A stretch of 64,000 bases of DNA from Vermamoeba vermiformis (Eukaryota): contig JBEWZL010000306.1 in NCBI GenBank assembly GCA_045837725.1, positions 124,001 through 188,000 on the forward strand. The letters are read 5' to 3'. The position numbers and the translations under genes were made by a program. The notes below the pieces were generated by a model. That model ran no database searches. It saw nothing but the letters and a program-made list of their open reading frames with translations, and was not told where the DNA came from. How positions within the stretch are numbered: the stretch's first letter is position 1; the number at the start of each line of letters is the position of its first letter. Shown piece after piece: positions 24,701 through 39,357 of the stretch.

Positions 24701-27700
24701 AGTAACGTCATTCAGTCAATATCGCATCTCTATTATATAATGGTAGTGACTGACCTCTGCTAGCTTCCTCTTAAGTTTGTCGTTCAATTTGGCCTTGCTG
24801 ATCCATTGTTTAACGCCGACAAGTGTGCCGTACCGCTTGATAAACGAGCACAAATAATTCGTAACTTTTTCTTCTAAACCAGCACCCAAGTTTTCATCAT
24901 ACTGTAACGTACAGTTAGCACTATAGTATTGAATCGATATAGACGTACCTTATTATGCAACTGTTGCAATAGTTCGTTGGTTCCATCGGTCCAAAAGAAC
25001 AGAAATTCGTATTTTTGTACAAAATATAATACATTCGCATTTCCGTTGTTGAAGTAGCTCTGCAACAATCGCATAATGATGTGACTTATTGATCCTAAGT
25101 CATTTGATATCTCCAAAATATAAAACACTTGCAGGATATAATAATCGCTGCCTTTCCAGTACCGCCTGAACAAAAGAAAAAAATTAAAAAAAATGGCAAA
25201 AAAATTCAAATATTATCTTATTACCATTTATGCTTCTCGAATTGCTCCTTAAAGTGCTCTATAATTCTTTCTCCGAAGTAGCATTGATAATAAAACGGTT
25301 GAGTCTTCAAAAAGTCGACTAACGCATCCATACCCGAACCGTTTGCTTGTAATGGATTATCGCTCGTAAGACTCGTCAAATAGTCTTTGAGCATTTGTTT
25401 TCCGCTATGTACAATTTCTTGGTCATTCTTAATTCAAATATTAGCTTGCGATCCGCTACACGACGGAAAAATATTGTCTTGAATTCTAAATATTATTACC
25501 TTAATACCAAGTGAACTTAATGATGTCCTTCGTTGATTTCTTTCATGCTTGCATTCTCCGAAAATAGGGAATTGCAGTAAAAAGTTTCGGTGCTAAACGG
25601 ATCGCGTTAGTTAGCATTCAACTCTTAAATTGGCTTTAAATAAGGTGTAAAGGATACTTACAAGATGATTATCACTTCTATCAATTAATCCTCGCGAGAT
25701 CAGGCTCCGGACGTAGTTATCATGAGAGAAAACGTTGGCGCGAATTAACTCGCCAAACAATAATACAACTTGTGTCTCGGCTGTAAATAAAATCAATTAG
25801 TAGCCAAATTAATAGGACAATCATGATAATAAAACATACAGTGACCGTTAAAAGTTCCGGCATCCAAGAACGACGAAAGATGATCTTGCAGTGATACATT
25901 TGAGCCCTAAAAATGATTAATATACTATCGCAGTCCGTATCGTAAAGCATCACAAATCAAATCAAAATAATACTTCGAAATTTCAATAATTAAAAAGTGA
26001 TTTGTAACGACTTGCCTCTTGAGCACACAGATCAGCTTTCAATCGTCGAATCAATGAGACGGTTATATATACACGGTACATCTCATTCTTCGACTGGCAG
26101 GTCGTTCCCCACTCGCACAACAAATGCACGTTTTCCTCGCGCTTCTCCTGCGATCCAGATGTGAGTTCCTCATACAACATTAACCCAAATGGTACTTACT
26201 GGTAATGGTAGCTCGGAGAATAGGTGCTTATAAATATACTCGATGTCTTTTGTCCTTGACAAATTCTCCAAAGTCTGTGTAACGGTTCGTAAATACGGAT
26301 CCTTTTTAAATTAGCGAACAAAACTTACCTCTATTAAGTTCGACCTAGATGTTGTCGGCGGATTGATAAATTGTTCGACAGTATTCAATCTTTGACGCAA
26401 TTGCGCGAGGTTTTGGATGCAGATCTCATCCGTGTCTGATAATTGAAACAACTACAAAAAAAATTAGAATTAGTACTACGCATTAATAAAATTCATTTGT
26501 ACTTACCGAAGATCCATTGTTCGATTTTACAATAGCTTTGCTGCTATCACTTTCATTGTTAGAACGTTCCAATGCGCGTTCAATAACAGACAAAATGTCG
26601 GTGCCGGCAGGAATGAGCAGATCCGGCTCAAAAATCAAAGCTGCTCTGAGGATGGTGACTAGATTGCTATGGAACTTCACTTCGATCGCGTAGTTCGTTG
26701 GATCCGGAATAAACGTGCCCGAAACATAGTTGCTCTGGTACAACTGGATCCATCTGTTAGTATTCATCCTACACTATGATAATGATATTATACGTACTTG
26801 GAATAGTCTAGTGTGACAAAAATCTAATAATCTGCTTGCAACTGATTGTTTGGGCAAAATGTCGTCGAGGTACTGCAACAAAACGGACAAAATTAAGCAC
26901 TGGTTATCGACCTTATTTGATTTTTGCAGCTCTTCTAATAGCGCGTTAAATAGCGCGTCCTTGTCGATTAGTCCTTCTTTGTAAGTCCAATGCAAAAGTC
27001 GGATCACGTAGCTCATTTTTTGCTTTCGCTTCTCAGAAGTTAATGCAGCATTATTTGCACCCATACTATCTGGACCAGTCTTCTTGAGTCCTGTTTTGAC
27101 GTAGAACTCGCGCACTTGCTTAATAATATTATTGACCAAAATTGTCGTCCAGTTAGTGGATGAAGTGTCTTTTTGTGTTGACTTTGGTGTGCCTTGCGAT
27201 ATCGAATAGTAGTTGTTCAAATATGAGATCTTAATGTACCACGTCGCTCGCACGAGTGGAATTCGTTGTTCCGCCAGCACCATAATTAGCGATTCTCCTT
27301 TAGGTCTAATTATACAAATAATTAGTACGACAAAGAATTGCAAAATATAAATATAATTATGACGCGTATTAATGTTATTATGTTAACTAATCGATTCACA
27401 TTTGCTCGTGCGTGTTACGACCACAAGAAAAAGTTTTGAAAATTTTTCATCAAATAAGGATAATTCAGCAATAGTGTAATAGGCTATAAAAGCATTATAA
27501 TCCTATTATAATCATATTACGCACCCTTGCGGCACTTTGAGCGCCAAAACGCTCAATCGTTCATCAGGCTTGGCTAATTTATCGAAGAAGGTCTTCTTTG
27601 TGCTATCAGTAGACGCAACTTGCTCCGGAAAAAATAATTTTCGTTTCATGAGCGGTGCGCCAGCCGGTTTGGCCGCATCTTTGTTGTTCGCGCTTGCATT

Positions 27701-28780
27701 TCCCTAAAAAGGAAATGAGAAAATTCGAATAATGACTCACGGCATTTAGCAGCCGATAAGAATAGGAATTGCCAAATATAATACGATGATCTGGCGTCAT
27801 TATTAAAGTAATACTATTATTATGTAAATAATTCATGAACGTTAACGGCGTTGCACTTTGCCGAAAATAAAAAAAAAATAAAATAATGTAATTTTGAGAC
27901 TAGAGTAAGTACCTTTCTAGTATTCTCCTTCTTCCATGTTAAATTGGTCATAGTGTTCCAGATTTTATCGGCAGCTTTTTTGGCGATCTCGCAGTATTCA
28001 GTGCGAGCAGATCCATATTCGTCAGCCTTAATAGGTAAAATTAGTGCCCAAAGTAGTTGAAAAAGAATAAGCCGCTGTCATATGTGTATTTAATCATAAT
28101 ATCGGATTTTCGGAACTGTTTCTTAAAAAGGTATTGTCAGAAGTATGACATTTGTAAGTAAATCCGAGCGAGGATATTAAAATGAAATTGAAATGACCGG
28201 GATCGGTATACATGCCCGATTCATATTATTTAAGATCGTTTGTAAATTTAAAAATTACCGTGATTTGAAGAAAATGATTTTTCAATTTTTAGATTTGGTT
28301 TAGGGAGTTGAATAGCACTTACATCACTCACATATTTGGCTTCTTTGAACCCATGTTCAATAGTTTGTCCAGTAAGCACTTCTTCGGGTGCGTACCGCGT
28401 GCACGGGAAGAAATCCGGCACACCCAAGGATTGATTCAGTGGATCTTTATCGGGACGCTTGAGCTCGTATTTTTCGTAATTCTGTTGAGCATATGAATTT
28501 GGAGGATAATAGGATGAATGTGAATGCATGTCTTGATTGTAATTATTGCTTTCTTCCCATCCACGACCTGGTGGCCGCGTAGGTGGGCGCGATTGATTTG
28601 GATAATTGCGTGGTGGATATGCTGCTTTCGGTTTAGGTGCTTCCGGTTTTCGGCCTATATAATCATTTTAATTAATCGTGAGTTTGTGAAAGCGGATTAA
28701 CCCTTTAAAAATTATTATTGCTATTCAAAATAATAATTATTACCTTTCGGCGGGTCTTTAGGTAGTCTATTCATTGACAT
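21724..28780 (-). CDS. MED12: Mediator subunit 12, many exons
   Basis: LGVPDFFP..EEVLT; LAEQRIPLVRATWYIK (Med12 domain); LLCEWG and LLFGELIRANVFSHDNYVRSLISRG (LCEWAV domain); VDAWTILED; Q-rich tail. Confidence 0.9.
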
Positions 28781-29507
28781 AATATATTACAAATATTGAT
28801 TCTACAATTAATAATATTGGCTATTGGTGAATAAAAATAATACACAAAGTGAAAAAAAACGATCCGAAAACACTACATCCGTCACATTCGATAGAAGTGA
28901 AACAATCACAATAAATAAATATGATCTCTAATAAGAGAAGTGGTTGATTATCGTTAGCGCTGCTAAAAAGTGCTAAAATGCAAGCGTGCAACAACAAAAC
29001 GGAAACTCCGCCATTTTTGTCAGATCAAAGAACACAAACACAATGTCATATAACACGAACCCCTTTAGATGATACAAGTAAGGTAGGTTGCTTTCAAAAG
29101 ATTAAGCTGACGAAAATGGATCCGCGCCAAGATGGCCACTAGCGACCTTTTATTGAATTTTCGAACTAATATTAATTGTGACGTTATTGAGCTTATTAAA
29201 TTTGCCTTTATCTTCGTACTACTGCAAAAAATTCAATTTAGTGATACGACCCGTGCGTTTTCCTTGTTTATTCTTCACTTTCAAAATCAGTGCAAATTAA
29301 ATTTTTAGTAGTAACCACGCCAGGAAGCGTGTCAATACTCGATTTATATTTTTTAAGCGAAAATAGTGAGATCAGGCGTTAGGCACGTAGCTAATAATTG
29401 TATCTCGAAGTTTTCTCAATATCTTGACAGGTAAAGGCACAAATTAATTAAATAATTAAATAATATTATTTAGAGATCATAGGATATCTTCTGATTTTTT
29501 TTGACAG

Positions 29508-30757
29508 ATGGAAACCTCAGACGTCTCTACTGCGGTTGCATTGGTACTCTTTAACCCAAGTACGGTTTATATAATAGTTCTAACGTTAATTTTGTAGGCT
29601 TTTGCCATCAGTAAAGAAACTAGCTTGACTATAGCGAGTTCAGCCATCTCTAAGCTGGCACAATTTGAAATAGAACTTTACGTTTCGTTGCTGGATCACC
29701 GAGGCTCTCCACTTTGGCCTCGAATATTCAGTATGTTAAGTTTATTCATATTACTGTGTATTTTATAATGAATTCTTCCTTTAGTGACGTTCAAGTACTT
29801 TTTCAGTTCGCTAAAAAATCGGCGACGGATCAGCTCGAAAGAACTAGCGACTAAAATGGCCTTTGTGAAGCCTTTCATCCACGAGCTGAATTTACGTGAC
29901 ATAAAGGACAGAGAAGGGTTTATTAGAACGGCACTACTGTTAGGTGCACCCTACGATCCACAACTACTTTGCGGCAAAATTATTCTCGCGAATACCAAAT
30001 TGTCAAAAAAGCGAAAAGAGAAGTTAGTCGATTGGCTTCTCGCCAACAACTTTCTAAATAAGGACATGCAGCCGTTGAGCGTCTCTGACTATGGCTCATA
30101 CATAAAGAAAGGCTATTACGAACACGTGCAAATCTTTATGTCTCGCTTCCCTAATTGGATCAATAGTACGTGCGTTGTAATGAATTAATGATGGCCTTAG
30201 CGACTAATCAATGCGGTAATTTATTTTTCAGCATCCGACGACAGCGGCACAGTATTGAGTAAATGTGTTCCTAAAATGAAAATGTTACTCAGATACATGA
30301 GCGATATTAAGAAACAGTTCGGAGCTAGAAAATTAATTGACTTGTTGGTTCACAGGTACGTTAAGGAGAAAATTTGAGCCCAATTACCCGTTTTAATTAT
30401 TATTTATTCATTTCTAGCATTAATAACTATTCTGCATTCTTGTTCATTGGTGATAGATTCAACTATACTTGCTTCAGTCTTCACGCTCAGTTTATTGGAT
30501 ATGGGATCAGGTGGCCAACCGGTAACAAAACGTTCAAGCCTAAAGGTAGCTTTATAATTAATATATGCTTAGAAATGGTCATTGCAATGATGGAGATTTA
30601 TGCAAGCGACGACCTGGTCGAAAAGCATCTTCATTCGGGTCAGAAATCAATAGACATGTTGCTTTACCACATGTTTCCTCAGCATCGAGAAATACTTTGT
30701 CCGAAAGTAGACGCTAAACGGCATGCATTAAAATTTATATATAAATTAATTAATTAA
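29508..30757 (+). CDS. Hypothetical multi-exon protein
   Basis: ORFs 29784-30188 and 30374-30757 with intervening GT-AG introns; start uncertain. Confidence 0.4.
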
Positions 30758-30807
30758 TATATTATTAAAAAAATAGAAAAAGTTAAGTTATCCTTCTAAC
30801 TATAGAG

Positions 30808-32106
30808 TTGGCCGACAAGGCAGGCAGCGGGAATAGGCTTGGATCTGCGGTTGAGTTTCCCGTTGATCTTCTGCCCTCAGATCTGATTTATGTGATTGCG
30901 TGGCTAACAGAGCCGAATGATTTGCTTAGTTTGTTGACTATCAATAAGAAAATGGCGTCTTTTTTACGTCAATCGAAGAACGAAAAGTTTTGGCAGTGTT
31001 ATCATGACACGCACTTCACACGTGATTTTGGACCTAAGATGATTTCTTTTAAAGCTATGACCGTTCGTCATACAAAGTAGGTCCCACTTACATATTATCT
31101 ATTGATGTCAAATCTAATTATTTGACATAGGAGTTTATACAATTGGCGACGAAATCAGTACCACCAGTTGGAACTGGATCAGACGACTCCAGTTACAATG
31201 GATGAAAATTGGTTACTTTTAACGTCCATTAATGATAAGAGGCACTATATTACATGGAATTGCCACTCGCATCAACAATTCAACGTTGACAAGACCGACG
31301 ATGAGCGACCTGTTGCCCTAATGAAGGATTATGCTGTCGGAGCATTGCCTGCGGTCATCTCGTGGAAAAATCAAGAAGAAAAATATTGCTTGCGACGCGA
31401 TAGCGAATGTTTTGCGTTGAATTCACTAACAGGCACGGATCAAGATTTAATTCCCATTGATCACAGGATTTTAGCACGAGGTATATCATTCTTCTTACAT
31501 CGTTATTACCTTGATTATTTATATTTATGCCATCAATTAGGATCGATCTATGACATCGAAACGGATCAAGTTATTCTTGGGAAGAATCCACCAACGATAA
31601 CGGGGTATTCGGTGTATAACCCGTACTCGAATACTTACCTTATAGCCGGTCAACGAAAAATAGAAGTGTGCGATTTGAACGGAAATGTAGTGCAATCATA
31701 CAAAATGGGTACATCTCGACCACATTGATAGAAATCTTCAAATGGTTATGGCAAACGAACATGAAGTGTGTTTTGTTCAAGGCCCAAGAAATTTTGACTT
31801 GCGTACTGGTCGTATGTTGCCTAGCGTTTGGGAGAGACATAGCGTAAGATCCATTTCAAGATCCGGATTCGTTTACTACTCTCTAACATTTTATGTTGTA
31901 TTGTATAGTTGTTAGATACAATAGCTATATCGCCGCAAAGAATACTGTATCGCGACAGCCAACTGGACATTGTAGTGTCGTGGCACTTAGCTTCGAACAG
32001 TTGGGAGTTTGCTTCACACGTGGAATCCGTGCCGCAATGCTTGAACTCACGTTTTATCGCAGCTAGGCACAAAAATAAGACTATTATATACGATTATTGT
32101 AATTAG
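30808..32106 (+). CDS. F-box protein with beta-rich C-terminus
   Basis: LLPSDLIYVIAWLTEPNDLLSLLTINKKM..FWQ F-box pattern; downstream exons 31131-31850 and ~31909-32106; 5' end unclear. Confidence 0.6.
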
Positions 32107-32228
32107 ATAGCGTTCGCTATTTGCGGTAGAAACTTGTTTTTTGATTTTTGGCCAGATCAACACAACCGGCTTACCTTTTGTAAATTGTTGAGTAAATTTC
32201 GTTGTTGAATATTTTACGAGTGATAATA

Positions 32229-35067
32229 ATGGATAACGTAAGTTACAAGCATAGAGTAACGTTGGGAATTAAATTAGAATTTCAATTATCGATTTTTAGT
32301 TCTCTTTCAACAATAATTATGATTTAATAATTATGAATCTTATAGTAAAATGATACGATTAAATATGAAGCTCAATTAACACTTAATATATTTTTTTAAA
32401 GATATTTTTGGATGTCGCCGTCGACCTCGAGCTAGACGCTGTTAAATTAGAAGAATTAGATATCAAGGATCAAATTAGACAAAATATTGCAGATTTATTT
32501 CCCGAAGCTCCAGGAGTAACAGAAGCAATCGAAAACACGATCCAAGTTGAGCCAGGAAGAACTCTGTTGCACAAGAACATGATGCATTATTTGACTCTCG
32601 CGTGGTACAATCACTTTTCAGTGGTGATATCGCCTGACATGATCTTTTACACGATCTTGTGCGTGTTGGCAGAAACGATCAAAACAGAACCAGAGGCGTA
32701 TCGACATTTGTTCACCGATAGCACTGAGAAGAAAGAGATAATAACAGTTTCAAATAATAATGCGCAGCTAGATCTCAATCAAGTTATTTCTGGTAAGTTC
32801 AAGCAGTGCATCCGAATCCAACCGATTTTTAACTTCTTTTTACGAATAGCTTTATCGAAAAATATTGCTATCGATGCATCGCTATTTACTGCAGAGTTTT
32901 CAACGACCAATAGCGAGTCTCGTCTTGCGATCCAAGCTGCTTTTTGTGACGCCATGTCGCCTTACTATTATTATTCTCGATCACGCTGCGGAATTCCCCG
33001 TATAAAAGTATTGGGAACAAAACAAGACTGGAATACATTGGAAAAGAAGCTTTACAGAATGGCCACCGAAGTTTTTAACAGCGCGATTGGATCGGAGAAA
33101 AAAGAACAGAGATCGCTTGCCAAGTATTTGAACGAAGTTATTGAAATCGTGCAAAAGATTCAAACAGATAACACAAAGGAGTTCTGGAAAGAGATGTATC
33201 AAATCGACAAATGCAGATCCGGTCACACAGCCTTCGTCAGAGGATGGATCAACAAGTTGTACAACAGTGGCCAGGGCAATGATTTCTACAACTATGAACC
33301 ACATATTTCAATCGTATCATACAAGGACATTGATAGTCAAAAAGAATACGAACTGCGTTGTGGTTTGTTGTTCAGTTCGATCGAACAAGACGCATCTGAA
33401 CTTGACCTCAAATATCCTTGGTAAGTAAATTGAGTATATATCACTTAGTATAGTCTAATGATATCATCGTTATTAGGTTGGTCCCTCACTTCGCTCACAT
33501 TGTTCTTGACAAAAGTGTGAAAATGACAGTTGAACAGTACAAGAATTACATCGACAAAGCACTGAACGGAGAGGACTACGCGGTATTCCGAGACTTTTTT
33601 GACGTTCTAAAAGACGATCCTATCTTCCTGGTGTCGGGTGATTTTGAAAACAAAAAACAGCGTCTTGAAATCATTGGCAGACAACTCGACTATTGGACTG
33701 CGCATCCGGATCTGATCACCGAAATTGACTTTTCAGCAACAAAATTTGAGCCTATATTTTCAACGTATCGAGAGTATGATTTTGGTTCAGCCATGGAAGA
33801 GCTTCTGTCAAAAATGAAGCAATGTTTTGACACGTGTCAAATCAGATCTGTCAATCTCGGCAACTCCGATATATTGACTCCATATGAAGAGAAGATAGTT
33901 AAACTTCTCGTTGGAAATGCAAATATAGAAGAATTGACACTGGTCGGTTATGACGAAGTTACCAACAGCCCTGCAATTACCTCACTCTGCCTGCTACTTT
34001 CAGACCCGCAATGCCGATTGAAATCGCTCAAATTAACTGGAAGACCAATCAAAGATCATAGCCTTGCCCTCTCAAAGGCATTACTGTCTATGAAGAGCCC
34101 TTTAGAAAAAATCGAGTTGGCCGGCGTGGTTGACAATGAGCTCGCAGACGCGATTTTTGAACTTGCCACAAACCGCTCTTTAAAACGTCTGTATTGCAAC
34201 TCGAGCGATAATATCGAAGCAAATAAGAAGATTTTATTGGCCATTGCAGCTTCTCGAACTTTAGAAGACACTCAAATATTCAGCATTGGATCGGAAGGGC
34301 CGAAAGACGTTTTCGAAGAATTGGCGAAGAATTTACCTCAGAATACAACCTTGGCGACATTGACGGTCGTTGGACGTGATTATGACCACGAGTTACTGAA
34401 TCGACTATTGAGCATTCCTTCGTTGCGAAAACTCGATCTGGAGCCATCAACCGACTTTGGATTCTTATCAAACACACCTAACATACAATCTTTAAAAGTA
34501 CATGGAAGTAATAGTAGATTAGTGGAAATTTTACAAAGTGACACCTGTCAACTTCAACACTTGGAGTTTTGCACGAACATCGCGTTCCTTGATGAGTTCG
34601 GTGCTGGTTTGCTGAAGAACATGTCTTTGCAAAAACTGGATCTGTCCGTGACCAAAGAGAAGAACGCAATTCCGAACAAATTCGGCGAATTGCTTGCGAC
34701 AGCATTGGCGAACCAACTTCCGCTGCGAGAATTGAAAACCAACGATTATTTGCAGATCGGATCTGATGCGATGGAAAAGATTGTCAAAGCGATAATTCAT
34801 CATCCATATTTGGAAGTGCTTGAAGTTGGATCGTCGGAAGTCGTCTCCGAACAAGGCATGGAGAGCCTCATTGAACTCGTCAAGACCAACACGACTCTCA
34901 AAAAATTCTATATTTTCAACTACTACGCTAGATCGCAGTGCACATGGACTGAAGACCAAAAGAAACGGTTAATCGAGGCACTGGAACAAAGTGACACGTT
35001 GACAGGATTTTACACCACGGGAGTGTGGATCTCTGAATACAAGTTGAAAAACGAGCCTGAATTTTAA
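32229..35067 (+). CDS. DUF4419 + RNI-type leucine-rich repeat fusion protein, copy A1
   Basis: AWYNHFSVVISPDMIFYTIL..EAYRHLF, CGIPRIKVLGTKQDW and FVRGWI are DUF4419-type motifs. Intron 33421-33476 joins them to an LxxLxL-repeat exon (CRLKSLKL, NMSLQKLDL, NTTLKKF). Confidence 0.75.
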
Positions 35068-35311
35068 AATTACGAAAGTTGCGGCCAGCAATCTCCCTGT
35101 ATCTCCAGTAAATCTAACGGTTTTCTAATCAAGAGCTCAGGAGGAATACAAAAAACCTGGTAATTGGTTATGACGGTTGTGGTGAGTCGTTTAATGGTCA
35201 AACAAAGGTAGAAATTTTCTCGTTGAAAAAAAATAAAGTCCATACAATTATTGTACAAGGTGGCTGGTTGCATAAGAATGCTCCGCAGGTAAATGTGCAG
35301 AAATATTCAGT

Positions 35312-36690
35312 CTACTGCCTTAGTCTTTTGTTTGGCTCGGTTGATTCCGACTGAAGCTTTCTTTTCAGCGGCTCAGGTTGGATCACATGCGTAGCTCGTG
35401 TAGATTCTTGGAATGGATGGATTAACGCAGCAACCCAATTGGGATATTGTGCCATGAACCCGTACAAGTCTTCTTTTGGCATCTTGAAAGCGGAGACGTT
35501 AAATAAACTATGCAAGGTGTCGGCGATTTCGTTCCACCAATCGTCGAAATAAGCACGCAATAATACATCACCAATGTTGACATCGTTAACCACAGTGCGT
35601 GCAAGAGCATAAGATTTATCCCGAAGTTCGTTGGATTGCGTTCCTGATGCCCAAGCGAACAGGTGGTGTTTGTAGAGCAAATTTCCGTTGAGTAGAGTTC
35701 CAACAGTTTGGAAACAGACTTGAGCTTCCTCCCAGCATCTTGCCGATGATGCAAGATCAATGGAGTGTGTGATCATAGCCTTGCTATGTAGCAGAGTCCC
35801 TCGCAAGATGCGCACATCGGGAATTTCCTTCGCAGACTGCATCGTATCCAAACAGTTCTCCAGCACCTTCAATCGGTCGGAATAAGGTAGCAGGCGAGAG
35901 AGGAGGTGTTGTGATCGACCGTAGTAAAGCCAATAAAGTGGCTTGTTGAATTTTCGAGCCAGTTCTAACATGGTCTTTCCTAGAATTTTCAACCAAAGTC
36001 TGCGAGGCTCAACATGATAGTCGTGGTCATTGCCTACAAAGCAAACAAAACGAGCGTAGTGTTCAGACCAGAGTTCCAATCCGGCTAACTTTTTATCGTC
36101 AAGATCGGGATCTTGGCTCAGGCGAGAAACAACGCGTGCTAGATGCTCCATCGTAAACAACACCTCGTATTGATGAGGTGGAGTCATTTGGTTAAATTTC
36201 TTTAGCAAGTACTCAACTTGAGCCAGGGACTTAAGTTTCAGTTTTTCGAGATCTTCGGTAATGTCGGGAATAGCATCTCTTGCTACGTCTTCTAGCTCCT
36301 CGGCAACCATTGTACCAAATTGGCCAAATGCGCTGTCAAAATACGCATACCACTCCCGTACGAAATGACGGGCCCATCTATGCCAAGTCTGGCGGATTCG
36401 ATCCTGAATTGAAGAAAATTAATAACTCCGAATAATTGTTTAATTACGTCTTACATGTTCTGCCTTTGGGTCTTCTGTGTTATTATCAAAAAGTGCATTT
36501 TGGATCTCTTCGAAAGTTATCGGTTAGTTACATGTAACTAACCGAGCGAATAATTATTCAAAATAATCGTGCAATATTTTTATCATTACCAAGAATTTCC
36601 TTATGTTCCTGGTTCTCGCGTAGCATATCGCTCGTTTGCGGCTGTTACGAATTGGAGGATCTTCTGCTCTAAAGCTTGAGTGTTCATGCT
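35312..36690 (-). CDS. Orphan helical protein with C-terminal NLS-like motif, paralogue B1
   Basis: 332-aa final exon is similar to 50938-52056; 5' exons approximate. Confidence 0.65.
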
Positions 36691-36962
36691 GTGATTGTAC
36701 ACTAATTGATACAAAAAGAAAAAATAAACATCGGCAGCAATCAGACGAAGAAGGAAAAATTTTTCAATTATGGTTCAAGTTTGCAGATCTGCCAACACAA
36801 AACAGTATCTAAACTGTCGGTAATGCTTGTGTCGGTTGGTTATAATGAACATATTTTGAGCTCCATTCAGCCTATTTACAGTATTGTATTGCAGAAAAAT
36901 GATAATTTTTTATCTGAAATATTAAAAATACAAATATGAACATACGATTCAGTTTTAGAATC

Positions 36963-39357
36963 TTAGAGCACGAATATCACGCTGAGCACTACAACGATGC
37001 CCATGAGAACGAATTGCACTCTTGAAGCACCAGAAGCAATGGGCGTGTTGCCAGGCTGCGAAGGCGTGAGTGCACCATCAACAACATCGAATGCTTGGAT
37101 CTTGTTGCTCGTGGCTTGATCGCCCATCAACGCTCTCTTGCGCTTGTTGCCAGCAGGCAAATTGATTCTGCTCTCAATCTGCACGAAGAACTTGCCTGAT
37201 CTGAGTGCGGCCAATGGTGCTGCTTTGAACGACACACCTGAGTTGATCGAGTCTTGATTGGCCAGTGAGTTGTTCACCAGTGTCGAGAACTGACTCTCAA
37301 GTGCACCGCTGAGCACACCACCGTTCAGCACGAGTTGTGAAATGGGTCGAATGTTCCATGTTTGTGAAGCACACCCGAGCTGACCTGAGCTCGGATTGTA
37401 CACTGGCATGCTGTCGTCCACTGTGTAGCACAGCCACACGTTGAAGATGCTGTTCACGTACGAGTTCTTGTCTTGATCGTTGGCAATGTTCACTGTGCTC
37501 TTCACATAGATCGTGTCGAGGGATGTGAACGCTGTTGTCTCTTGTTGGCCGCTGAAGCTGTCCGTGTTCCAGAACGACAAAGTGGTCGGGAATGTCAAGC
37601 CTGAGCTGTCGTAGCCGTTGTCGATCTTCAAATTGAGCGTGAACTGTGCAGCGACTGTGACAGTGGAGGTGCCTTGAGTGCGTGTGAACTGAATGGTGTA
37701 AGGACCTGAGTAGTCTGTGAACGGTGTGTTCGTCTTGAAGGTCCAGCTCTGTTGTTGTGCTGCTGCTGGCGTGTTCGTTGAGCCCAATGTAACGCTGCTT
37801 GGTTGTGACGAAACAACTGGACTCGACAACCTGACAAATAAATGACACGTGTCAATTTCACAGTTCATGATTTTGATAGTTTGAAACTTACGAAGCATCA
37901 GCAGCAAAAGTGTTGGTGGTCATGGTCATGGCGAGATTTCCATCAGTGGCGATGTTGAGCGAAGTGATCGAAAAGCCAAAAATGTTGCTGTCAGTGCCAG
38001 ATGAGATTGAAGTCGATGACACGGAGAATGACACGAAGAACGGCACTGTGAACTGCGTGGTTGAGAAGCCTTTTGTCTCGTCGAGCTGATCCACTGCCTT
38101 CACTGCTGTCACGTACAACGTACCTGATCAAGAGTCATAAGATTAGAATAACGATAATATCGTTAATATAGCCAGTAAGTCCTTACCGTTGTATTGAATG
38201 GTGTTGCCAACAATAGCGCGAACAATTGAGTCGTCTCCAGTGCTGGTCTTGCAGTTGAGCAGATCTTGAAATGAGAAACCAGGAGTGGTGTAGGTGACTT
38301 TATCGCAGCCAGTAGCATCGACGGTCCATTTAGGCGAGCTATTCCGAATAAATTAAATCACTTACTTTGCGAAATTTAATCGTTCACAAAAGAGTAATTA
38401 CGCTCGATCCAAAAATAGAATTTAAATTTTGTGAACAGGACTTACGTAGTACCGAGGAAGTAGGACAAGTAGTTCTGACTGTTCAATGCACCACTATAAT
38501 CAGCTGCAGGTGCTGCATTCCACAAAGAAGCGAATGAACGACCATTCAACTCGCTCAACACTCTGTTCTCGCAGTTTGTTGCTGCCAAGCCCTTGTAGCC
38601 TTATCAATAGCGAATGTTATTCATATGAACGGTTAATTGCAATAATATGGTTTAGTACCTAAAGTGTGGTTTCCAGCAAAAGGAGCAAAGTCAACGATCC
38701 AAGTGTAACCTTGAAGCAAATACGTGGCAACAATTGTGAAATGGAACTTCTGTTCGGCGTTGTCGTACTCAATAGTAACGTTGGGCTGAGGAGGAGTAAT
38801 TGTTGAAGTTCCTACTGGGTTGAAAATGGCAGCGCAATCGGCATCCGAACTCAATCTGTCTCCAACTGAAATTTTATGTTTAGTAATGGCTTTGATTTAT
38901 CGTAAATTATAGTTTTTACCTTTCAATGAATCGCTAGTATAGTTAGTTTCGACACTAGTGTCCTTAGCAACAGTTTTCATATTGATGTAAACGTCGTAAT
39001 TATCCGGAATCACCATAGAAATGGTCAGATCGACTTGATTGACCGATTGAGGGTCGGTTAATTGAGTCCAATTCAATATTTCATTGGTTTGAGGCGAGAC
39101 ACCAACTGCATAAAACACATCGTAGTTTGCGAGAGGAGTCAAGTCACTCAGATCTGCTTTGAACGACAACGAGTGTGCTGAATGAAAACAAACAAAACAT
39201 TAGTACATCGTAAGTAGGACACTAGTACTTGTATTATATGCATACCAGAGGTTTGTCGGTTGATTGGGGAGACATAACCGTGTTGAATTTGAACTGCATT
39301 GACCACTGTCAGAACAGCCAGCAACAAGTGTGCAAATGAACCAAAAGAACGAGTCAT
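36963..39357 (-). CDS. Secreted/GPI-type surface protein with FRAS1/FREM2 C-terminal (ZP-like) module
   Basis: Signal peptide; FN3-like exon (YAVGVSP..ILNWT); QQSWTFKTNTPFTDYSGPYTIQF; NVWLCYTVDDSMPVYNPSSGQLGC; furin-like NKRKR; hydrophobic C-terminus. Confidence 0.7.

Noticed and set aside
32793-32849. Insertion in the DUF4419 ORF relative to its paralogue
   Set aside because: A 57-nt stop-free intron read through by the ORF caller.
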